Source: Lingula anatina (taxonomy: Eukaryota; Animalia; Brachiopoda). Taken from it: a DNA stretch of 64,000 bases. The notes under the pieces are model-generated. The model was not told where the DNA came from. It ran no database searches and saw only the letters and a program-made list of their open reading frames with translations. The position numbers were made by a program, and so were the translations under genes. Shown piece after piece: positions 13,301 to 24,936 of the stretch (within the stretch, counting starts at the first letter, position 1; each line of letters starts with the position of its first letter). The stretch spans positions 6,696,001-6,760,000 of the forward strand of contig CM120642.1 in NCBI GenBank assembly GCA_051362555.1, written 5' to 3'.

Positions 13301-16300
13301 GTGACAAACTTCAACGTTCATGAGAAGACCATGTTCGTGGCCTGGCGTGGCTCGGGAAAGAAACGCAGCACCCTGGCTATCGATGGTAACTGGAGATATA
13401 TATACGTGTATATCCAAACTGGCCCTCTCCGTGAGAAGGTAAAAAGTTTCCATTTGATCTTCTGTCATCTAACCAAGTTTGTCTGGCTCCGTGGTAACTT
13501 TGCCGACTGGAAGACAGGCAGACCCACGTACGCGGGTTCGAATCCGAGGATGCGACGAAATATTTTTATTCCAGAAATAATTTGCAAAAAATTGAGTTCG
13601 ATTACTATAAAAGGAAACTCGTAAGTACGGAGGGTGGGCGGGTCTGTCACGGCGCAGTCGGTAGCGTGCACGGCTGCAAAAAAACAAATGCAAAAACGTC
13701 GAGTCACGGGTTCGAATCCCAGAAGACGCACGTCAGTTCACCACAACAACGTCATCGAACTGGCGCTGGGAGCGGGAAGCCACAGGAACGAATGCGGCCT
13801 CTCGTGGGTCCTCGCAAATTACCTTTTGCACCATTAATAAAAAAAGTTGTTGTCACAGTGGTGCATCTATGAAGATCTTACATCTTTTTTAGTAGATTTA
13901 TTACTTAAAGATAAATACGGTGATTTGATATGAACCTTTTGCATAAAAAACGGCATAGTTTACAATAAGTGATCGACTTGACATAGACTTTTTGCTGGTC
14001 ATTCTCATCAAGACTGCATCGTCAATAACACTTCCTTTCTCTTCACTTAAAAGACCTCAAAATGGTGTTGACGAGGGTAAGCTCATTGAACTCTATCTTT
14101 TTCCAGGTACGTCACATGTCAAACTTGAATCGAGTCAATTGCTGACCCGATACGGCGCCATGCATGTAAGACTGCCATTTCATCGAAAAGTCCTTTTTTT
14201 CTCGGTGGGATAATCTGCAAGAAAAGTTCTCAATTTTTTTTTTTTTCGAAAGTAGCGTTGCCGCTATTGGTTTGCCCATTCATACATTTTTTTCTCATGT
14301 CCTTTGCCTATCAAGACTATTCGTATGGTCACACAGTCCCCGGGCAATTCCACAGTCTGCATTTCAAATGGCAAAGACTACTCCAAACTAAAATCGTCAA
14401 GGTGTAAACCGCTTTGGATCTCAACGTGCTCTATAACACCACAGGCGAAGTCGAACGTAACCTCAGTGTAACACAAAATGAAAATAAAATCACTTGAAAT
14501 CATATAGCTAGGAACCTGACAGGCAGGCTTATCAATAAAAGCGACCGAAATTGATATGATTCAGTAACTTTCCCTGTATACAGTAGAATGACGTCACATC
14601 ACTCGTAAACCGCATTCAACAGAAAAAGATGGTATCTTGTGGGTGGAGTTATATGCCAAATATGTTTTCTTTTCTCAAATTTTGTATCCTCCCAATTGCT
14701 AGAATGGAAAGCGCACCAGACTTACACATTTGAATTTTTTTAACGATTCCCTTTTCATAGGGGCTTGCTTAAACTAAAACCGTCCCGGTGTGAACGGCCT
14801 TTGATACCATTTCGTCTTTTTACCGTCATAGTTGAAGCAAACACTTTCTCAATGACTGAAAGTAAAAGAAAGTCATATATGTAGGAAGGCTCCGTTCCAG
14901 GTTGTCAAACAAGGTCTAGTGGACGTGACAAACTTCAACGTTCATGAGAAGACCATGTTCGTGGCCTGGCGTGGCTCGGGAAAGAAACGCAGCACCCTGG
15001 CTATCGATGGTAACTGGAGATATATATACGTGTATATCCAAACTGGCCCTCTCCGTGAGAAGGTAAAAAGTTTCCATTTGATCTTCTGTCATCTAACCAA
15101 GTTTGTCTGGCTCCGCGGTAACTTTGCCGACTGGAAGACAGGCAGACCCACGTACGCGGGTTCGAATCCGAGGATGCGACGAAATATTTTTATTCCAGAA
15201 ATAATTTGCAAAAAATTGAGTTCGATTACTATAAAAGGAAACTCGTAAGGACGGAGGGTGGGCGGGTCTGTCACGGCGCAGTCGGTAGCGTGCACGGCTG
15301 CAAAAAAACAAATGCAAAAACGTCGAGTCACGGGTTCGAATCCCAGAAGACGCACGTCAGTTCACCACAACAACGTCATCGAACTGGCGCTGGGAGCGGG
15401 AAGCCACAGGAACGAATGCGGCCTCTCGTGGGTCCTCGCAAATTACCTTTTGCACCATTAATAAAAAAAGTTGTTGTCACAGTGGTGCATCTATGAAGAT
15501 CTTACATCTTTTTTAGTAGATTTATTACTTAAAGATAAATACGGTGATTTGATATGAACCTTTTGCATAAAAAAACGGCATAGTTTACAATAAGTGATCG
15601 ACTTGACATAGACTTTTTGCTGGTCATTCTCATCAAGACTGCATCGTCAATAACACTTCCTTTCTCTTCACTTAAAAGACCTCAAAATGGTGTTGACGAG
15701 GGTAAGCTCATTGAACTCTATCTTTTTCCAGGTACGTCACATGTCAAACTTGAATCGAGTCAATTGCTGACCCGATACGGCGCCATGCATGTAAGACTGC
15801 CATTTCATCGAAAAGTCCTTTTTTTCTCGGTGGGATAATCTGCAAGAAAAGTTCTCAATTTTTTTTTTTTTCGAAAGTAGCGTTGCCGCTATTGGTTTGC
15901 CCATTCATACATTTTTTTCTCATGTCCTTTGCCTATCAAGACTATTCGTATGGTCACACAGTCCCCGGGGCAATTCCACAGTCTGCATTTCAAATGGCAA
16001 AGACTACTCCAAACTAAAATCGTCAAGGTGTAAACCGCTTTGGATCTCAACGTGCTCTATAACACCACAGGCGAAGTCGAACGTAACCTCAGTGTAACAC
16101 AAAATGAAAATAAAATCACTTGAAATCATATAGCTAGGAACCTGACAGGCAGGCTTATCAATAAAAGCGACCGAAATTGATATGATTCAGTAACTTTCCC
16201 TGTATACAGTAGAATGACGTCACATCACTCGTAAACCGCATTCAACAGAAAAAGATGGTATCTTGTGGGTGGAGTTATATGCCAAATATGTTTTCTTTTC

Positions 16301-19300
16301 TCAAATTTTGTATCCTCCCAATTGCTAGAATGGAAAGCGCACCAGACTTACACATTTGAATTTTTTTAACGATTCCCTTTTCATAGGGGCTTGCTTAAAC
16401 TAAAACCGTCCCGGTGTGAACGGCCTTTGATACCATTTCGTCTTTTTACCGTCATAGTTGAAGCAAACACTTTCTCAATGACTGAAAGTAAAAGAAAGTC
16501 ATATATGTAGGAAGGCTCCGTTCCAGGTTGTCAAACAAGGTCTAGTGGACGTGACAAACTTCAACGTTCATGAGAAGACCATGTTCGTGGCCTGGCGTGG
16601 CTCGGGAAAGAAACGCAGCACCCTGGCTATCGATGGTAACTGGAGATATATATACGTGTATATCCAAACTGGCCCTCTCCGTGAGAAGGTAAAAAGTTTC
16701 CATTTGATCTTCTGTCATCTAACCAAGTTTGTCTGGCTCCGCGGTAACTTTGCCGACTGGAAGACAGGCAGACCCACGTACGCGGGTTCGAATCCGAGGA
16801 TGCGACGAAATATTTTTATTCCAGAAATAATTTGCAAAAAATTGAGTTCGATTACTATAAAAGGAAACTCGTAAGGACGGAGGGTGGGCGGGTCTGTCAC
16901 GGCGCAGTCGGTAGCGTGCACGGCTGCAAAAAAACAAATGCAAAAACGTCGAGTCACGGGTTCGAATCCCAGAAGACGCACGTCAGTTCACCACAACAAC
17001 GTCATCGAACTGGCGCTGGGAGCGGGAAGCCACAGGAACGAATGCGGCCTCTCGTGGGTCCTCGCAAATTACCTTTTGCACCATTAATAAAAAAAGTTGT
17101 TGTCACAGTGGTGCATCTATGAAGATCTTACATCTTTTTTAGTAGATTTATTACTTAAAGATAAATACGGTGATTTGATATGAACCTTTTGCATAAAAAA
17201 ACGGCATAGTTTACAATAAGTGATCGACTTGACATAGACTTTTTGCTGGTCATTCTCATCAAGACTGCATCGTCAATAACACTTCCTTTCTCTTCACTTA
17301 AAAGACCTCAAAATGGTGTTGACGAGGGTAAGCTCATTGAACTCTATCTTTTTCCAGGTACGTCACATGTCAAACTTGAATCGAGTCAATTGCTGACCCG
17401 ATACGGCGCCATGCATGTAAGACTGCCATTTCATCGAAAAGTCCTTTTTTTCTCGGTGGGATAATCTGCAAGAAAAGTTCTCAATTTTTTTTTTTTTTTC
17501 GAAAGTAGCGTTGCCGCTATTGGTTTGCCCATTCATACATTTTTTTCTCATGTCCTTTGCCTATCAAGACTATTCGTATGGTCACACAGTCCCCGGGGCA
17601 ATTCCACAGTCTGCATTTCAAATGGCAAAGACTACTCCAAACTAAAATCGTCAAGGTGTAAACCGCTTTGGATCTCAACGTGCTCTATAACACCACAGGC
17701 GAAGTCGAACGTAACCTCAGTGTAACACAAAATGAAAATAAAATCACTTGAAATCATATAGCTAGGAACCTGACAGGCAGGCTTATCAATAAAAGCGACC
17801 GAAATTGATATGATTCAGTAACTTTCCCTGTATACAGTAGAATGACGTCACATCACTCGTAAACCGCATTCAACAGAAAAAGATGGTATCTTGTGGGTGG
17901 AGTTATATGCCAAATATGTTTTCTTTTCTCAAATTTTGTATCCTCCCAATTGCTAGAATGGAAAGCGCACCAGACTTACACATTTGAATTTTTTTAACGA
18001 TTCCCTTTTCATAGGGGCTTGCTTAAACTAAAACCGTCCCGGTGTGAACGGCCTTTGATACCATTTCGTCTTTTTACCGTCATAGTTGAAGCAAACACTT
18101 TCTCAATGACTGAAAGTAAAAGAAAGTCATATATGTAGGAAGGCTCCGTTCCAGGTTGTCAAACAAGGTCTAGTGGACGTGACAAACTTCAACGTTCATG
18201 AGAAGACCATGTTCGTGGCCTGGCGTGGCTCGGGAAAGAAACGCAGCACCCTGGCTATCGATGGTAACTGGAGATATATATACGTGTATATCCAAACTGG
18301 CCCTCTCCGTGAGAAGGTAAAAAGTTTCCATTTGATCTTCTGTCATCTAACCAAGTTTGTCTGGCTCCGTGGTAACTTTGCCGACTGGAAGACAGGCAGA
18401 CCCACGTACGCGGGTTCGAATCCGAGGATGCGACGAAATATTTTTATTCCAGAAATAATTTGCAAAAAATTGAGTTCGATTACTATAAAAGGAAACTCGT
18501 AAGGACGGAGGGTGGGCGGGTCTGTCACGGCGCAGTCGGTAGCGTGCACGGCTGCAAAAAAACAAATGCAAAAACGTCGAGTCACGGGTTCGAATCCCAG
18601 AAGACGCACGTCAGTTCACCACAACAACGTCATCGAACTGGCGCTGGGAGCGGGAAGCCACAGGAACGAATGCGGCCTCTCGTGGGTCCTCGCAAATTAC
18701 CTTTTGCACCATTAATAAAAAAAGTTGTTGTCACAGTGGTGCATCTATGAAGATCTTACATCTTTTTTAGTAGATTTATTACTTAAAGATAAATACGGTG
18801 ATTTGATATGAACCTTTTGCATAAAAAACGGCATAGTTTACAATAAGTGATCGACTTGACATAGACTTTTTGCTGGTCATTCTCATCAAGACTGCATCGT
18901 CAATAACACTTCCTTTCTCTTCACTTAAAAGACCTCAAAATGGTGTTGACGAGGGTAAGCTCATTGAACTCTATCTTTTTCCAGGTACGTCACATGTCAA
19001 ACTTGAATCGAGTCAATTGCTGACCCGATACGGCGCCATGCATGTAAGACTGCCATTTCATCGAAAAGTCCTTTTTTTCTCGGTGGGATAATCTGCAAGA
19101 AAAGTTCTCAATTTTTTTTTTTTTCGAAAGTAGCGTTGCCGCTATTGGTTTGCCCATTCATACATTTTTTTCTCATGTCCTTTGCCTATCAAGACTATTC
19201 GTATGGTCACACAGTCCCCGGGGCAATTCCACAGTCTGCATTTCAAATGGCAAAGACTACTCCAAACTAAAATCGTCAAGGTGTAAACCGCTTTGGATCT

Positions 19301-22300
19301 CAACGTGCTCTATAACACCACAGGCGAAGTCGAACGTAACCTCAGTGTAACACAAAATGAAAATAAAATCACTTGAAATCATATAGCTAGGAACCTGACA
19401 GGCAGGCTTATCAATAAAAGCGACCGAAATTGATATGATTCAGTAACTTTCCCTGTATACAGTAGAATGACGTCACATCACTCGTAAACCGCATTCAACA
19501 GAAAAAGATGGTATCTTGTGGGTGGAGTTATATGCCAAATATGTTTTCTTTTCTCAAATTTTGTATCCTCCCAATTGCTAGAATGGAAAGCGCACCAGAC
19601 TTACACATTTGAATTTTTTTAACGATTCCCTTTTCATAGGGGCTTGCTTAAACTAAAACCGTCCCGGTGTGAACGGCCTTTGATACCATTTCGTCTTTTT
19701 ACCGTCATAGTTGAAGCAAACACTTTCTCAATGACTGAAAGTAAAAGAAAGTCATATATGTAGGAAGGCTCCGTTCCAGGTTGTCAAACAAGGTCTAGTG
19801 GACGTGACAAACTTCAACGTTCATGAGAAGACCATGTTCGTGGCCTGGCGTGGCTCGGGAAAGAAACGCAGCACCCTGGCTATCGATGGTAACTGGAGAT
19901 ATATATACGTGTATATCCAAACTGGCCCTCTCCGTGAGAAGGTAAAAAGTTTCCATTTGATCTTCTGTCATCTAACCAAGTTTGTCTGGCTCCGCGGTAA
20001 CTTTGCCGACTGGAAGACAGGCAGACCCACGTACGCGGGTTCGAATCCGAGGATGCGACGAAATATTTTTATTCCAGAAATAATTTGCAAAAAATTGAGT
20101 TCGATTACTATAAAAGGAAACTCGTAAGTACGGAGGGTGGGCGGGTCTGTCACGGCGCAGTCGGTAGCGTGCACGGCTGCAAAAAAACAAATGCAAAAAC
20201 GTCGAGTCACGGGTTCGAATCCCAGAAGACGCACGTCAGTTCACCACAACAACGTCATCGAACTGGCGCTGGGAGCGGGAAGCCACAGGAACGAATGCGG
20301 CCTCTCGTGGGTCCTCGCAAATTACCTTTTGCACCATTAATAAAAAAAGTTGTTGTCACAGTGGTGCATCTATGAAGATCTTACATCTTTTTTAGTAGAT
20401 TTATTACTTAAAGATAAATACGGTGATTTGATATGAACCTTTTGCATAAAAAAACGGCATAGTTTACAATAAGTGATCGACTTGACATAGACTTTTTGCT
20501 GGTCATTCTCATCAAGACTGCATCGTCAATAACACTTCCTTTCTCTTCACTTAAAAGACCTCAAAATGGTGTTGACGAGGGTAAGCTCATTGAACTCTAT
20601 CTTTTTCCAGGTACGTCACATGTCAAACTTGAATCGAGTCAATTGCTGACCCGATACGGCGCCATGCATGTAAGACTGCCATTTCATCGAAAAGTCCTTT
20701 TTTTCTCGGTGGGATAATCTGCAAGAAAAGTTCTCAATTTTTTTTTTTTTCGAAAGTAGCGTTGCCGCTATTGGTTTGCCCATTCATACATTTTTTTCTC
20801 ATGTCCTTTGCCTATCAAGACTATTCGTATGGTCACACAGTCCCCGGGGCAATTCCACAGTCTGCATTTCAAATGGCAAAGACTACTCCAAACTAAAATC
20901 GTCAAGGTGTAAACCGCTTTGGATCTCAACGTGCTCTATAACACCACAGGCGAAGTCGAACGTAACCTCAGTGTAACACAAAATGAAAATAAAATCACTT
21001 GAAATCATATAGCTAGGAACCTGACAGGCAGGCTTATCAATAAAAGCGACCGAAATTGATATGATTCAGTAACTTTCCCTGTATACAGTAGAATGACGTC
21101 ACATCACTCGTAAACCGCATTCAACAGAAAAAGATGGTATCTTGTGGGTGGAGTTATATGCCAAATATGTTTTCTTTTCTCAAATTTTGTATCCTCCCAA
21201 TTGCTAGAATGGAAAGCGCACCAGACTTACACATTTGAATTTTTTTAACGATTCCCTTTTCATAGGGGCTTGCTTAAACTAAAACCGTCCCGGTGTGAAC
21301 GGCCTTTGATACCATTTCGTCTTTTTACCGTCATAGTTGAAGCAAACACTTTCTCAATGACTGAAAGTAAAAGAAAGTCATATATGTAGGAAGGCTCCGT
21401 TTCAGGTTGTCAAACAAGGTCTAGTGGACGTGACAAACTTCAACGTTCATGAGAAGACCATGTTCGTGGCCTGGCGTGGCTCGGGAAAGAAACGCAGCAC
21501 CCTGGCTATCGATGGTAACTGGAGATATATATACGTGTATATCCAAACTGGCCCTCTCCGTGAGAAGGTAAAAAGTTTCCATTTGATCTTCTGTCATCTA
21601 ACCAAGTTTGTCTGGCTCCGTGGTAACTTTGCCGACTGGAAGACAGGCAGACCCACGTACGCGGGTTCGAATCCGAGGATGCGACGAAATATTTTTATTC
21701 CAGAAATAATTTGCAAAAAATTGAGTTCGATTACTATAAAAGGAAACTCGTAAGTACGGAGGGTGGGCGGGTCTGTCACGGCGCAGTCGGTAGCGTGCAC
21801 GGCTGCAAAAAAACAAATGCAAAAACGTCGAGTCACGGGTTCGAATCCCAGAAGACGCACGTCAGTTCACCACAACAACGTCATCGAACTGGCGCTGGGA
21901 GCGGGAAGCCACAGGAACGAATGCGGCCTCTCGTGGGTCCTCGCAAATTACCATTTGCACCATTAATAAAAAAAGTTGTTGTCACAGTGGTGCATCTATG
22001 AAGATCTTACATCTTTTTTAGTAGATTTATTACTTAAAGATAAATACGGTGATTTGATATGAACCTTTTGCATAAAAAACGGCATAGTTTACAATAAGTG
22101 ATCGACTTGACATAGACTTTTTGCTGGTCATTCTCATCAAGACTGCATCGTCAATAACACTTCCTTTCTCTTCACTTAAAAGACCTCAAAATGGTGTTGA
22201 CGAGGGTAAGCTCATTGAACTCTATCTTTTTCCAGGTACGTCACATGTCAAACTTGAATCGAGTCAATTGCTGACCCGATACGGCGCCACGCATGTAAGA

Positions 22301-22755
22301 CTGCCATTTCATCGAAAAGTGCTATTTTCTCGTTGGGATAATCTGCAAGAAAAGTTCTCAATTTTTTTCAAAAATAGCGTTGCCGCTATTGCTTTACCCA
22401 TTCATACATTTTTTTCCTTGTCCTTTGCCTATCAAGACTGTTCGTATGGTCACACAGTCCCTGGGGAAATGCCACAGTCTGCATTTCAAATGGCAAAGAC
22501 TACTCCAAACTAAAATCGTCAAGGTGTAAACCGCTTTGGATCTCAACGTGCTCTATAACGCCACAGGCGAAGTCGAACGTAACCTCAGTGTAACACAAAA
22601 TGAAAATAAAATCACTTGAAATCATATAGCTAGGAACATGACAGGCAGGCTTATCAATGAAAGCGACCGAAATTGATATGATTCAGTAACTTTCCCTGTA
22701 TACAGTAGAACCACATCACATCACCCGTAAACCGCATTCAACAGAAAAAGATGGT

Positions 22756-23050
22756 AGGCCTATCGCCAACTCATGAGTTCAAATCCTAGATGACGCAGAT
22801 GTCAGTTCACCACAACAAGAACGAGCTTGCCTCGTATGCAGGCGTTCGTGTGTCCGGAAAAATTACTTTTTGCATAATAATCCGGTATAGTTTAGAATTA
22901 GTGATCAATTTTGACAACAATTTATTGCTCGTCATTAACATAAAGTCTGCATTCTCAATTATATTTCTTTTCTCTACTTTGTCTTCAAAATGATGCTTAG
23001 GCGGGGATGGTTTAGAATAACTGATCGATTTGACAACAACTGGTCATTAT
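22756..23050 (+). repeat. Diverged partial unit at the right edge of the array
   Basis: gagttcaaatccta...gtcagttcaccacaacaa...aattactttttgcata...gtgatcaattttgacaacaa matches unit and relic sequence (3455-3660). Confidence 0.8.
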
Positions 23051-23077
23051 CTTAAATTCACGATTTTGCATCCGCGG

Positions 23078-23078
<1 letters not shown>

Positions 23079-23109
<31 letters not shown>
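23079..23109. repeat. (GT)n microsatellite
   Basis: Run of tg dinucleotides; another at ~24067-24092. Confidence 0.9.
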
Positions 23110-23112
<3 letters not shown>

Positions 23113-24936
23113 GGTTCACTTGCAGGCACTTTTGCAGTTCCCACCCCATATAACTCCGTGATCATGATATATTTCAATGTCTTATTTTAATAAATTTGTG
23201 CAGTGACTTTGTACAATGTCTCCGCTAGTCAAAGAAATTAGTTTGGTAATTCATTTACTGATTTTAAGATGTTTTTTACACGAAACTCTAAAGACTTTAT
23301 GCCTTCCAAATATTACAAGATCCGAGGTTATCGCTGGGATGAAAATTTGCTGTAACCTCATTGGTAAAAAAATTTTCGAAAGTTTATTTTAAAAAAGATT
23401 TAAAAATAAGTAAGTAAATTTGCAAAGTAATTTATTTGAATAGCAGCAACATTAATAAAAAATAATTCATTTCTTTTAACCGCGCGTCTGAGCAGTGCTG
23501 GCCTATATAAAAACCTAAACAACACAGAAAAATTAAAAACTAATATAAAAATAATTAACTAAAAACACAAGTTAATCAAAGAAGCAGCATTTAAATTAGT
23601 CTAAACAGGCATCGATCTATATCTGCGCTTAGCCTACTTCTCCGTACTCTTCTCATGAGGTGCTTAGATCTATTTTCAGCGGAGAATCCAGCCTCGGTTT
23701 AAACATTCACAGTGATGACGTCATGGGAAATCACCTTCCTTGATGGTGCAACCGCTGCTACGACTCCATGCATGTTTGTGAAAAGGTAAAAACTTAGGCA
23801 TGCACTTGAGCTTCTCACGCATGTCTTATAGGCGTTTTATTATATATTGCATGATGTTCAATTTTTATATGATAAATCAGTGAAATGATTTGCAGAGGAT
23901 CGGTTTGGATACACGTTCTTGTACATGTACTCGAGCTACCAGTACAGTACATGTACAGGGCCTACTGTACGTACTCAAGACTGTGTGCCTCAACTCAGTC
24001 TCTAGTCAAAGTTTACATCAATGTATTACTACAATATTAGTAATGGTAATGATGGTAATGAGAACCGTGTGTGTGTGTGTGTGTGTGTGTGTAGGGGGTA
24101 CAAATGTCTATTTTTACCCACAGTTAAAGCTAGCTGGATTGGAAGTGGGAGAGGAATCCCTACGGCTACTGGTACATTTGGTGAGATATCATTGATGATT
24201 TATGCATTAGTGATTACCTCTCCTCCCACCTCCCCCCCCCCCCAGTTGCAGTACTATTACAATGTATGTACATTAATTTAGTAAACCTTATATCAGTCGG
24301 CTCTACTGGGTATATGCCAAGGTAATATTTATATAATGAAAACTGATACAGAATAGCTGATCACAGATTTACCATGTCATATGGTGGTGGTGGTGGTGGT
24401 GGTGGGGGGGGGGGGGGGGGGTAATGTTTTTGTGATGTATGCAGTGTGTAAGGAAATGTGCAATACTTACCATTATATTATAGTCAGACACAATCATTTC
24501 CATTTTATATGAATTGCCACTTTATTTATGATGTTTATATATACAGTAGTCAAAGTTTCCTGTGTCTAGCACACTTAGTTTAAGTTTTATATATCTAATA
24601 CATTCCATATTTTAGCATGCAGGTACCAGTACAAATAAAAATTAAACAAATATTAAAATTATGCAGGAGAAGTCCTAATTGAAGTCTGATAATTTAGACT
24701 AAACAGTTACACATGTACAGTGATGATCTACCTGACATCTACAAGAGGGCCTTGGTAGCTATACCCAGTAGGCAGTAGCTATACCACCTAGCAGTCAGTG
24801 AGTAACAACATCTACTCACATCGGTCTGATGAAGACCTACACCCAGTTTGGCTGGACGCTAACAGTACTAAAATATTTCAGCTTGTGTTTTATAATTATC
24901 ATATGTGAACAGTGACAAATTTCAGAAATCAAGATC

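Larger units (their letters stand above)
4890..22755 (+). repeat. Tandem array of 11 near-identical ~1626-bp units (macrosatellite or ncRNA gene array)
   Basis: The same ORF-track translation recurs at 5165, 6792, 8418, 10040, 11666, 13295, 14919, 16545, 18173, 19798 and 21424 (periods 1622-1629 bp). Internal copies differ by a few SNPs and homopolymer lengths; the first and last copies are more diverged. Confidence 0.98.

Noticed and set aside
5165-22513. Recurrent short ORFs in the array (109, 96, 88, 74, 73, 67 and 66 aa) as a multicopy protein gene
   Set aside because: Several start at non-ATG codons and they overlap on both strands. They have no recognisable motifs, and indels in copies 1, 3, 6, 11 and in the relics break them.
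4890-22755. CRISPR array, rDNA/5S or histone repeat
   Set aside because: Units are identical end to end with no unique spacers, and I see no recognisable rRNA, 5S or histone sequence; the context is eukaryotic.
23710-23790. CRE (TGACGTCA at 23716) and a possible non-coding first exon of DUSP12 ending at aag|gtaaaa
   Set aside because: Plausible given the acceptor just upstream of the ATG, but a single 8-mer and a donor-like site are not enough without transcript data.
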